Of a DNA stretch of 64,000 nt, positions 26,329 to 37,940 are shown piece after piece; the first letter of the stretch is position 1, and each line of letters begins with the position of its first letter. A program made the position numbers and the translations under genes. The stretch spans positions 1 to 64,000 of the forward strand of contig JAPEUI010000017.1 in assembly GCA_026025075.1 (NCBI GenBank), written 5' to 3'. Source of the DNA: Vezdaea acicularis. Lineage: Eukaryota. Under the pieces are notes generated by a model. That model did not search any database and was not told the origin of the DNA. It saw only the letters and a program-made list of their open reading frames with translations.

Positions 26329-26853
26329 GGGAATAAAAATCAGTTGAATTAACAGCCGGGTAATTTATTATGACCCTCTGCTGTTTTACGCACCGATAAT
26401 ATATGCATTTCTGCAGGTGCTGAATGTCCAACCCATTCCTCTAACGGCTGGATCGAAACAATCAGGTATGCGCAGAGCTGCGGCTTTTTCCTAACGCAGG
26501 GAATGAAGCCCGATGCTCGCTAAAAGGTTAAATAGACTTTTAGTACAAGCGTTTGGAAGTCCGAGCTCTCATCAGCTTCTTGTTCTGAAATCCCTCGATC
26601 CTGTGCGATCGTCAAGAAACCATCTCCCTTATCTTTGCATTCCTCAACCATTAGATTGTTATGTTGGAGAAGAAGTAATGCCCCGTACCTGGTGCGTTCT
26701 AAGGTCTACTTCCTCGCACCTGTAAGATGGCCATAGTTTAGGGGCTTTTGAACCCAACTTGCTGCAGGGCGAATCTTATGGTTCTGACTAAAGTCCATCA
26801 CGACACTTATCAATATCTTATACACAGTTCTTTATTAAGCTCATTGGAGGAAC

Positions 26854-28298
26854 ATGCATTTTCTAAGAATACTTGCATTGACAAGGTTTCTTGTTGTCAT
26901 TCGCTATATTATCTTCTTTCTCGTTCCAACAAAGGCACCATATGTTCCATCTGATTATCGTAGATTTCCTTGGATTGATGAAGCCAATCTCTACGACCCA
27001 CAGGCTCAGATCCGATGCATCGGTTCTCTTCCCGATCATCTGGTGCAGGGGGACGATAGGAGCCAAGAAGTTCCTTTAAGATTCAGATACAACAGTGTGC
27101 GAGAGCTTTGCGCAAAACCGGCTTATGGCGGGAGACAAGATGCATTCACTGTCGGCGCTTACTGCGGGTATAACCTGAACGGCAGGATTCTTCTCGAACG
27201 GCAAATGTCGGCCACAGACCAAGCACTTTATAAAAATTTCGTCCTACTATGTCTACAAAGGTGCCGATGCGTTAAGGGCAGTCTCTCGACCTTGATTGAG
27301 CAAGGAAGGCCGGCCCTAGAGATTCGAGCTGATGAGGCTCCCACCATGGACATTAGCAAGCTAGATCCGAATCCGCTTACGCCCTTTCCAGACCTTACTT
27401 CTAGTCCCATTGAGGCCCATTACTTCCCAATCAGAGCTACATATTTTCCCGAACGAGCAGCACAAGCCTACCACCATGTTGAAGGGTATGATCCGCCCCG
27501 TTTAGTCAAACATTGGATTGGACCGCCGAGCTACATGCGGCCAATCATGTGCATTTCTCATAGCGCTTCTGTCTCATATTCTCATGTCGACTCGGTATGG
27601 TTCCTTAGTCACCTAGGAAATTATGGATTACCATTCGAAATTCTCTATGCATCGATGCAGCAAATCTGTGCGGTACAATGGTATGGCGGATCCCCAGCGG
27701 GCAACGCAGGATACTTCTGTAGAAGAGGCTCTACCGAACTCCAGCAGTTCTGGCCGTTAACACAGTAAGCCTGTTTAGATTGAACTCTATCTTTAGATAC
27801 TATTATGAACAGGAACTTGAGGCTGACACGGATTCTGCATGCAGTCCCGCATTCACGCAGAGAGACAATCCTAGGGACTTCATGTTTATCAGGAATCGCT
27901 GCGCCAGAGCATGTCGCTGCCTGACCAACAGTGAAAATTTCCACATCCACTGGCTTGAGCGTAGAGCCGATGTTAGTGTTGGCTTCATGTTGATATCTAC
28001 CATATACAATTACGACACAGGCAACCCCCCCAGTTTTCAGGATAGGGAATTGCTTTCTTCTCTGATTGCTTTCGGTTCGGACCAGTGGGATCCGTACTAT
28101 GACTTTTTCAGTTGGTGCAAAACCAACGACATGTGCAGGCCTAGAGTGAGAGGCACAACACGGCAGAAGCTTCCATTCCGAGACGACAGTTTGGACTATC
28201 ATGATAGGGTTAGGGATATGGCTCGCAATCATGGAAAGTCTTATCCAAGAAACCGGGCCTGGCCATTACCTCACGTATCTATACCCCGAAGACTCTAG
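26854..28298 (+). CDS. Hypothetical secreted cysteine-rich protein with two internal Cys modules
   Basis: Hydrophobic N-terminus; two CA-x4-GG...G-x2-C...CxxxCRC modules; ORFs 26854-27768 and 27780-28298 can be joined in frame by a very short intron ending at TAG 27796. Confidence 0.65.
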
Positions 28299-29101
28299 GC
28301 TTGTCTTTCTTTCCGATCTCCAAGCATGTGAACTGTAGGCTGCAGTGGCTTACTCCAGGAGTAAGCTTATGCAATCTGGGGTTAGTCTTTATCTTGTAAT
28401 GAGTCTGCTTGTAAAAACTTCGAGAGTCGAAGTAATGGACGATTTCAAATCAGTTGTCCATCAATTGTGTTCTGAAGGTGCATCTCGAAAGCGCTCCTGC
28501 CACAATAATATACCAAATCGGTAATTGCGTGGCTCCGGGGTACCACACTTGCCAGGCCCTTTGGAGACCCTCTTGGGTTCAGAGGTCTCAGATCCCTGTC
28601 TCTGGGCTCGAAATCTGAGGACCCGGAGATGTTCTTGGGTACCGCCAACGCTGATATCAAAGCGGTACAGATAATTCGTGGCAACATGTCAACTACTATA
28701 ACAGCGCGCGAAACTGACCCCAGCTTCTATCCTTCACCTCTAATAGCCTATCACCAATATTCGAGAGATATCAGAAACGGAGTTAACTTGAAAGAAGGAC
28801 GGAAATTGGATGGCTCTCTTCGATGCGCAGATTTTGCTGAGTCTCGACCCACGAATGTCTCGTACCTCTTGACGCTCCTACGGCTGATCAGGCTAGCGCA
28901 GTATCATTCTATATCTGCCTATTTGGGTGTAATAAACCGGCAGGGGGTGTTTTGGTAACGTTTAGCGCGAACTGGGGGTGTTCGAGTAATTTGCCGCTTT
29001 TATATCCCATCTCATCCTCTCCTGCTCCATCGCCCTAACTACAACAGCCTCTTAAACCCCCTCCCCTCTCCTTTCCCCCCCACCTCGGCCTCATCTATAG
29101 A

Positions 29102-29842
29102 CTATGGATGCATTGCGCACTTATTCCAATCCAAGTATGATACATACAGCGCAATCAACAATCCACCCACGACCATATGAATCGCCCCCACCCGACTCCA
29201 CTCCACCTGGCGTTTCTCGTATCTCTGGTGCCTCTCCCATTCTACTAACGTGTCAGCGACACCGAATGGAGCTTCCAAGGCTCCTGCTCCCAGCGGACGC
29301 CACTCTGTTTGTTGAGTGATGCTGGCCCAAGTCTTGCGAAAAGTATGCTGTGCCACCGCTATGATTATAAAACCCCACATCGCCCCCCACACATCCCGAA
29401 GTCCCGGCCATCCCTCGTTACGGCACCAGAACTTGTAGACATTGTGTCCTGGGCTGGCGAGGGATACACCAACCGGAAGAAAAACAAGGTAGGCAACAAA
29501 AATCACCAAAAAGAAAGTAGAAACCCAGGCAGAGCCCAAAAATGAGCCATACCAGTCCGTCATGCGAAGGAGGAGGTGGGGTCGATCATCCCCGTTCGTG
29601 TTGATGATGACGACCGGACCGTCAGAAGGCCGATTGACATCGCGAGGTCTTGATTGGGACCGAGAACGGGATAAGCGTTGGCGGGGTTTTGAGCGGGAAG
29701 ACATGACGATAGTTGTTGAATTACTATCGTCAGCGTAATTATTCTTTTTGTTGAAGAGGTCTTCTTTGGGTGGGTTTTCTTCTGATAGTAGTGGTTCTGC
29801 TTCTGCAACATATGTTGGGGGGTGGAGAAAAAGGTCTGCCAT
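29102..29842 (-). CDS. Hypothetical membrane protein (about 3 TM segments)
   Basis: Long ORF with hydrophobic segments; TATATA at 29931-29936, about 90 bp upstream of the ATG. Confidence 0.65.
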   Translation of the reverse strand: MADLFLHPPTYVAEAEPLLSEENPPKEDLFNKKNNYADDSNSTTIVMSSRSKPRQRLSRSRSQSRPRDVNRPSDGPVVIINTNGDDRPHLLLRMTDWYGSFLGSAWVSTFFLVIFVAYLVFLPVGVSLASPGHNVYKFWCRNEGWPGLRDVWGAMWGFIIIAVAQHTFRKTWASITQQTEWRPLGAGALEAPFGVADTLVEWERHQRYEKRQVEWSRVGAIHMVVGGLLIALYVSYLDWNKCAMHP

Positions 29843-29948
29843 CGTGGAAATAGTTGAATTTACAAGTACTTGATCATGGCAAAGGAAAGAACGAGGACAG
29901 ATTGAAGAAAGACCAGGAAAACATTGCACTTATATAGGAAAGAACTTA

Positions 29949-30304
29949 GCTTCTTTCGGTACCAAACTTGAACAATCTTTCTATCCACATGCCACGGCCT
30001 GTGGAAAATTGTTGGGATTACCAAACCAATCTCGTTCCTTCATTCTCTCCACGGAAAGGGGAGGGAAGGTTGTGAATTACGCTGCCAGGTTCGGCGAACC
30101 AGAGCCATGAGAATGTCCCCTCCCCTTGCGGGGGCTTCATTCGGTACCAAACTTAAATAGTCTGTCCACCCACATGCCACGGCCTGTGGAAAATTGTTGG
30201 GACTGCCAAACCAATCTCGTTCCTTCATTCTCTCCACGGAAAGGGGAAGGAAGGTCATGAATCACGCTGCCAGGTTCGGCGAGCCAGAGCCATCAGGATG
30301 TCCC
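29949..30304. repeat. Tandem direct duplication, 2 x 171 bp (29949-30119 and 30134-30304), period 185 bp
   Basis: Copies align end to end (e.g. CCACATGCCACGGCCTGTGGAAAATTGTTGGGA in both) with scattered substitutions. Confidence 0.95.
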
Positions 30305-30718
30305 ATACAAATTAACTCTTTTTAAGACATCCAAGGAATAATTGAGCCTGCACAGGCAAATTCATACGCACGAGATTTTGTAGCCATCAAATGTATTAGC
30401 CCTCATTGTACTAACCAAGTTGGGGAACTCTAAAACAAAATGTCGGTGAAGTGACAAGATCTCGTGTTATTCCAAACCAAAATTCGAAGGATGGGAGCAC
30501 ATCACGGACAATAACTTTCGTGTAGAAATTCTCGTGTTTTGAGGTGGTCTTTAGGCATTGAAACCTCACCTTTGACGGCTCAGAAAATAATATCTGGGAC
30601 CCTCACTGCATTCCTAAAAGCTCTCCGGACACGTTAAGGCTAGCATCCGGAGAGAATGAGTGTTGCCAAAGCTGAAGCTGGAAACGTGACCGGAAGCACA
30701 TAGTCATCTCAAGGCACG

Positions 30719-31455
30719 ATGAACAAGGTGCGCGAAATTGAACGAATAAATCAACTGGAGCTTGATGGTGTAGTGTATGTATAAGCGATATTCCAGCCTT
30801 TCTAAAGCTGTGCTGATGGCTCAACAGCAAGCCCGAAGCTTCATGGCATGTAGATTTTCGAGACTCGGCATACATATACTTCGGCGGACTGCCACTTGAT
30901 TTGTCCGAAGGTGATATAATCACTATTTTCTCTCAATATGGAGAGCCAGTTTTCATACGGTTGGACAGACATAAGGACACGGGCAAGTCCAAGGGTTATG
31001 GATGGCTCAAGTATGAAGATCAGAGGAGCACAGACCTGGCTGTTGACAATTTGAGTGGGGCTACTGTCATGGGGAGGGTCTTGCTAGTCGACCATGCTAG
31101 ATACAAGCACAGAGACGGGGAAGACTTGGGAGACAATACCGAAGGTCCGAGAGTCATTGGCCACGGCCCGGAGGGCGATGCAAGGAAGGCAGGAGATGAA
31201 GGTGATACATCCAGTGAGGAAGAGCAAAGGCCTCTCCTCAAGGAGGAACTTGAGCTAGCTGAACTGAATCGAATGGATGATGACGACCCTATGAAGGAAT
31301 ATCTCATCAAAGAGAAGAGGGAAGAGGTCGCAACGGCACTCAAGTCGATGAGATGGCCAAAGCACAACCACAAAGGCAGAGAGAAGAAGTCAAAACATCA
31401 TCGGAGTCACCATCATCACAGAGCAAGGACAAGAGTCCAGACTGAAAAGTCTTAG
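30719..31455 (+). CDS. IST3: RES complex RRM subunit (Ist3/Snu17/RBMX2); 2 exons
   Basis: ASWHVDFRDSAYIYFGGLP.DLSEGDIITIFSQYGEP...LKYEDQRSTDLAVDNL; intron about 30775-30827. Confidence 0.95.
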
Positions 31456-31633
31456 ATTCAGCAATCGACGGCCGATGCAAGAGGTATCATGTCCAAAAGA
31501 TAGTGTTTGAGAGATCAAGTTAAGAGACGAATCATTCCCAGTCCGAAATCCGGGCCCTAACACCTAACGCTTCTCGCTATGCATCAAAATTCGTACCCCT
31601 TTCATGATACTAGGCCCTACATCCAGCTAGGCC

Positions 31634-33014
31634 TCAATTACTACCAAGATACCGTTTCCAACCGTCTCTACGTAAAATTCGATTTCCATCTTCTGCAATC
31701 AGAAGGTTGAACTTCTCCCAGCGGCCATCGTACCCTGCCCCTACGATGATAATGGTTTCCTCATCTGTCCAACCAATTACTCCTTTCGGTGGTTGGATGT
31801 TTGGCATTCCAGACGCTATTGCTGAGAACGATGCGGTACTTCCTGGACGAGGAAGCGGCTCCTCTCCCATCGCAAATGGGATAGAGGATATGGAGTAGAC
31901 GTCCGAGAATACACGAGGCATCAGTGGCATCCTGCCAAGTATACCCCATTTTTGACTTGGATTTTCCTCTCCGTTGGCGGCTTTCGAGCCACCACCTGGA
32001 TTGGAAGGTCTTTTTGATCCCGTCGCTTCCCTCGAGGCTGGACCGAAGGGGTGAGGGAGATCAAAAACGTGAAGGGTGGATTTGTCTGAAGTCACGGCAA
32101 GAAATGTGCTTGCAGGCGATATCCCAAGAGAGAAGATCTTAGCTGGATCGACTCCACGGCGAAGCTCTGCCATACGAGCACAGTTACTTGTTGCATAGAT
32201 ACGGATCAGCGTTCCCTGTAAACATTTAGTGCTGATTATGACTGCTCGTCCAGTGACCAATCATTATACCTTTTCGCTTGCTGTGGCAAGTACTTCCCCG
32301 TCAGGACTAAGTTCAATCGCTCTCAAAGGAGTCGAATGTGCCGGGATGATGCTGACATTGCCTTTGGCATGCTCTACTAGCTTTATCTGGCCGTGTGTTG
32401 TTCCAGGGAAGGCCAGTATGTGTGTCCCAAGGCAGCAAAGCCCCCAAGGATTGTCTGCAGTCTCGTAGACTGAAATTTTTTCAGGAGGGGAAGCGAAAGA
32501 ATAGACGTGTATGCTATTATAGAGCGCGACTACGATGCGCGTCCTTGAGAGCTTTACACGTAGAACAGGTGTTCGGAATTCAAGTGTAATGGCTGCTTTC
32601 GCTTTATGGTCGTCCCAGATAACCACTTTATTCTGAGGAAACTTGGGCTGCTTCCCGCCTCCTATGAGAGCCATGTAGTTTGCCTTACCCAGCATCTCAG
32701 CAGCCCCAATACCTGCATTGAACTCTACAAATCTCACGATTAGCGTCGGACCCACTAGCTACAAATGTACAGCGGCTTTTTCCCATGGCGCTTGGAGCCC
32801 TTCAACGAACCTCTACACACCCGGAGTTCGCATGGGTCAGAGTTGAACACTGTAACTGCTTTTAGCTGGGCGCGACTCGTCCTCACAGCTGCAAACGTCG
32901 CTCACCACAAAACCCAGTGTCAAGCCCGACTGAAAAGCAGGAGCTATCTTGATTGAAAGTCACCGAAAGTGAAGCCGGATTCCCAGAAGAATCGATAGGT
33001 TGTCTAGTATTCAT
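31634..33014 (-). CDS. HSV2: PROPPIN WD40 protein, Hsv2/WIPI3-4 type; multi-exon
   Basis: SVTFNQDSSCF, ALIGGGKQPKFPQNKV, LATASEK|GTLIRIY, ELRRG lipid-binding motif. Confidence 0.92.
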
Positions 33015-33611
33015 CTTGACCTTGTCGCACCAAAGGTAGCCTAAGTCAGGAGTTGTGTTCGAGTATCACTCGTTCTGAGCTTTAAGCATCATGGGAAGTA
33101 TCTCAGTTCAATTGGTCGTAGAGGATTTAGATTGCGGCGGCTTGAGCTAAGACTTGAACCAGAGGAGTAGCTTGTAGAGTTTAAGTTCCTTGTGAATTCG
33201 TTCTTCCCAAGTCGCCGCTTCTCTTTAGAAAGAATTGAACTAGAAGTCAAGTTTTAGCCAATAATCTTCACATGGGCGTATGGAAGATGGGTTGAATTGA
33301 CGCAGTCTCCGAGTAAATTTTGACCAATCAGAGCGAGAGAGGACTTGAGCTCTGTGATTCGCTACTCGATTCACCACCATGAGCCCATGTCGAAAGGGGG
33401 AAAGGCCAAGCACCACTGAAAGCCAAAAATCTCGCTTCGAGCCCCTTACCCGCGACGCACCTGCGCTGTCTGGCTTCTCTATCTTTTTGTTCACAAGCAG
33501 TAACAATTTACTTTTCCACTCAACCCTCTTGCAATCCGACTTGACCAGGCATCTTAGTTCAACTTTGTTCATCATCAAGGCGTCTCGCGCGAAATCAAGC
33601 TTCGAATTGCA

Positions 33612-35179
33612 ATGTCGTCTCCATTGAGTGCGGTGAGTTATGTCCTGTGTACTGTCCTGGTGAAAATATAGAAGAGCTCACATTATTGTGCTTTCTCTCC
33701 ACTGAGCTCCTCCATTCATAGCCTGAAGGCACATACAGCTGACTTTGTCCCATGATGTAGATCAAGATCCGCAGAAAGAAGAATGTCAAGAAAGGCATTC
33801 AATTTTGCTTGATGGTGTGCGGAGCCTCTGGCACTGGTGAGGATCCTATAGAACTGCGGTGTCCGCCCGAACTCAACCTAACATGGATGTTCAATGTGTA
33901 GGACGTACGACGTTCGTCAACACTCTCTGTGGCAAGAAAGTTCTCCAATCAAAAGATTCTGATGATGCGACAAATGCACACCTAGAAGAGGGTGTGCGCA
34001 TCAAGCCCATCACTGTTGGTGCGTATCTAAGTGGCCTTTACATACCACTTTTAGTCGTTGATCTTACTTACCTCGACGATAGAGCTCGAGCTTGACGAGG
34101 AAGGCACACGCATTTCTTTGACTATTGTCGACACTCCAGGATTTGGGGACCAGATTGATAACGAGGCAAGGTATAGCATTCAAGAAGAGGAAACCCCCTA
34201 CACAAGAGGTATTAACACGGGGTAGCTTTTCAGAAATCGTTGGATATCTCGAGCGCCAATACGATGATATTCTCGCAGAAGAGTCACGTATCAAGCGTAA
34301 TCCAAGATTTCGCGACAACCGTGTACATGCCCTTCTGTACTTCATCACACCAACTGGTCATGGGTATGTAGCTTTGAGAACCGAATGCTTGATAACAGGA
34401 ACTAATACAATTTACAGACTCCGCGAACTGGACATCGAGCTAATGAAGCGGCTTTCCCCTCGCGTTAACGTCATCCCAGTTATTGGAAAGGCTGACTCTT
34501 TAACTCCTGCTGAGCTAGCGGAATCGAAGAAACTAGTCATGGAGGACATCGAGCATTACCGTATCCCTGTCTACAACTTTCCCTACGATATCGAAGAAGA
34601 TGACGAGGATACCGTCGAAGAAAATGCAGAACTACGAGGCCTGATGCCCTTTGCCATTGTCGGCTCGGAAGATGTCGTCGAGATTGGAGGCCGCAAAGTG
34701 AGGGCTCGGCAGTATCCCTGGGGAGTGGTTGAAGTCGATAATCCAAGGCACTCGGATTTCTTGGCCATTCGAAGTGCTCTCTTGCACAGCCATCTTGCTG
34801 ATTTGAAAGAAATCACCCACGATTTCCTTTACGAAAACTATCGAACTGAGAAGCTGAGCAAGAGCGTGGAAGGTGGTGCAGCAGCGTAAGTGCAAAATGC
34901 GATGTGAAATATCATGTAGGGAACCTTGCTAATAAGCATATTAGCGACTCATCCATGAACCCTGAAGATCTTGCCTCTCAATCCGTCAAACTCAAGGAGG
35001 AGCAGCTTCGTCGTGAGGAGGAGAAACTTAGAGAGATTGAAGTCAAGGTCCAACGGGAAATCAACGAGAGAAGACAAGAGCTATTGGCGCGCGAAAGCCA
35101 ATTGAAAGAGCTTGAGGCCAGGATGCAACGCGAGGCAAGTCTGCTTGCTGATGAGACGAACGGAGAACACAATGCGTAG
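33612..35179 (+). CDS. CDC11: Septin (Cdc11/AspA group); multi-exon
   Basis: KKGIQFCLMVCGASGTGRTTFVNTL P-loop, IVDTPGFGD, VIGKADSLT, RQYPWG, C-terminal coiled coil. Confidence 0.93.
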
Positions 35180-35850
35180 GGACGATGTGGCAGTATTGGG
35201 ACGCCATATCTTCGAGAGATATGGAGTGATGTGGAATACCTTTGGCTTTACCAATGGCAGGACGCTGGGGAAGGCGGTATTAAAGAGAGGGTTCCTCTAG
35301 CCTTTCTAGTGCGTTCCTAGCGTCGATTACGTACAAACTGACATCTGTGATTGCTCCTACCAGTGGGACAGCTCTGTATCTCATATTCAATTCTAATGTG
35401 GGTGCTGGCGGGACGACTATCGACCTTACAAAATTTTAGTGTCTAAGCGTAGCCGAATAGCGTTTTCTTTTAGCACCAATGAAAGCTCTTTGAAGATGGT
35501 TAGTACGGTCAGGAGCAGTGATTGAGACACGTATATATGGGTGGTTGACGATGAAAGAGCCTCCATCCGCCTGGCGCAGGTCAGCGCCCGACTGGAGTAT
35601 ATTCTTGACCATTGCAGTGTATTGCATTCAGTACAAATTGCAATGCCTTTAGCTTCGATCTGACCTTCTTTTGACCATAATGATTGATTTTCGTGCCAGT
35701 CAAACACTGACACGTGATCCTAGAAATTGCAAGGTTCGCGAAATTGTCGAATACAAGTAGCGCCTCAAAAAATGCTTAATACTGCCTATAGACTAAGGCT
35801 AAAAGCCTTTCCTCTTCAATTGCCCTAAGCCCGAGGTCTAGATTGCGGAG

Positions 35851-37162
35851 ATGCACACTCATATGAGGAGCTCTCATCTTCGATCATTAACAGTTTGGCC
35901 AAAAGCTATCCGAAGTTCTCGAATACCTAGCTCGCGATCCTTCACGACTACTCAATCTCTCTTCAAACTTACTGCGCTTCGCCGCCAGCTATACGAATGG
36001 CTCGAGGGTCCTGGGTCCGTCTTCAAATACCCCCTCCCAAAGACCACAAACTACCTTAGTGCCTACGATCAGCGGTCCGGACGACTCAAGCGCCTTGAGA
36101 CCCATCTCAAAGGCTTGAGCAGCACTGGTGATTCAAAGCCTTATGAGGCATATATTGGCGTAGATAACAAGCTAGGAGACCTCCCGATACCGAAAGAGAG
36201 GTTCTCTGATTTGAAACCCTTCCCCTTGAATGATAAGTTTGTCAGTCAGAAGGTTTTGAGTGAAGAGTTGAGAGAGGAAATATGGAAGAGGGTCAGAGTT
36301 GAAGGACAGGATATACGAACTGTTAGTGCGAGTCTAAATATTGAGATGAATCGAGTGGGCGCAGTGGTGAGATTGATGGAAGTGCAAAGGGAGTGGGAGA
36401 GGACGGTATGTTATCACTTTTGTTCTAATCACTCGACTTTGCGCAACTCTGTGATGAGACAAACATAAATTCGATTAGTCTTGAAGACATTTTTCTATGG
36501 TTACTACTTATATGCTCTTTCTGATCTATATTTTCGTGTTACGCTACTGATACCGCGAGAACCTTGACGGCAGAAGCTAATGTACGTCTTGCAAACAGAA
36601 TAAGCCTCTCGCCCGCCCCTATAATCGTGCAGTTCTATCCATGCTACCACAGACTCTCAATGGCACGGACACTAGTAGCACAAACCAGTATCATGAGTCT
36701 ATCAACGATCTCCCGGCTCATTCTGCTACCTCCCCGCAAATTTTCTATCCCACGTCCGAATCTCGTTCATTCACAAGAAGAGACGCTGGACACGTCTTCT
36801 CGCGGGATCTCCTGCCCGCTGATGATCGAATTCCACATCCGGAATTGATCGAATCTGAGCAGGAGCGCCTAATGGGCTTGCCATGGGAAGAACGAAACAA
36901 GCGACAGCAGGAAAGAAACAAGAGGGAAATCAAGAGCAGAGAGGATCAATCAAGAATAAGGGAGCAGAAAATGAAGAAAACGCTGACAGTTGTGAAGCCG
37001 ACTGAAGGAGGAGCTAGCCGCTGGGAATGGAGGTTTAAGGACATCAGGACTGACAGGGCAGGGAGAGATGGAAAGGCAAGAGAGGGCATAGGCCATAGAT
37101 ACGGCGTCCCGCCTCAAGATCGGAAGAGAGGCGATGTGAGAATCCCTACCAGCGTGGAGTAA
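35851..37162 (+). CDS. MRPS35: Mitochondrial small ribosomal subunit protein mS45 (Mrps35/Bot1); 2 exons
   Basis: Presequence-like N-terminus, KPFPLNDKFVSQKVLSEELREEIW, GHRYGVPPQDRKRG; intron 36406-36598 joins in frame. Confidence 0.88.
36447..36527 (+). ncRNA. Intronic box C/D snoRNA
   Basis: Box C GTGATGA 36451-36457, guide TTCGATTAGTC followed by D' TTGA 36481-36484, box D CTGA 36521-36524; guide is complementary to the conserved LSU rRNA segment GACUAAUCGAA; lies in an oversized intron. Confidence 0.85.
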
Positions 37163-37639
37163 AGGGCTGTCAAATGCGGGCAATTGTCGCGGCCACGTAC
37201 AAAAGCATTGTACCATATAACTGGCGTTAGGAATGTACATTATCACCTGGTCTTCTAACGGTTCTGTCACTTCGTCTGAACGAGCCATCATAGCGTAGTC
37301 TAGCTCTACACGATCTAGAAGCATCATACACTCCATGCCTCCGAATAGAACCCGAGGTAGCGCAGTCCTTCGCCTATCTTCATCCTCCTCGTGCTTGCCT
37401 AAAATCTTCAGTTCATACAGATCTATATCTCTCCTTATCTCGATTAACTTTCCTACATGGGCGTTGGGATACCCCCTATGATTGCTACATCAAGATCTCC
37501 ATAGATACTAGCAGCAAAATCATCCTAGTCCAGTATAAACCTGACATATTCGGAGGTCTACGATGTCTACATTTCAGCTTCCGATCCTGGGATTAACTGC
37601 ATGTGTATTCATATTCTATATATTACACTATCTTATTGC

Positions 37640-37940
37640 TTCTTGAACTTGGCCTACAAGACCGAAAAGAGATGATACCAAATTCCCTACTAAAGGAAGA
37701 GACCTTTCGTCGGGACGGAAGTGAAAGCGGAGTCTATGGTTGGGGCAAGCTGGGTATCCCTGTGTTCGGCTTTTGACGACTGAACCGCGAACTTACGGCG
37801 ACTCCAGGAAAGATATCATGCTTGCTACCTTGCAGATGCTTCATAGCCAACTGGGCGGAGCAGAGGCGTATCTGAGAAATGATTGTGGACTGTCAGGAGA
37901 AGAAGTTGTTGTCTTTGAAGAGAGCAATTGTGGCAGATAA
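37640..37940 (+). pseudogene. Relic of a tyrosine-phosphatase (Y_phosphatase3-like) gene, C-terminal part only
   Basis: ELGLQDRKEMI and MLATLQMLHSQLGGAEAYLRNDCGLSGEEV resemble the family C-terminus; no HCxxGxDR catalytic exon or open frame found upstream. Confidence 0.55.

Noticed and set aside
28205..28216. TAGGGTTAGGG telomere-like motif
   Set aside because: Fewer than two full units, inside a coding frame; expected by chance.
29949..30304. CRISPR-like array or LTR pair
   Set aside because: Only two long copies with a 14-bp spacer, no TG...CA ends and no internal coding sequence.
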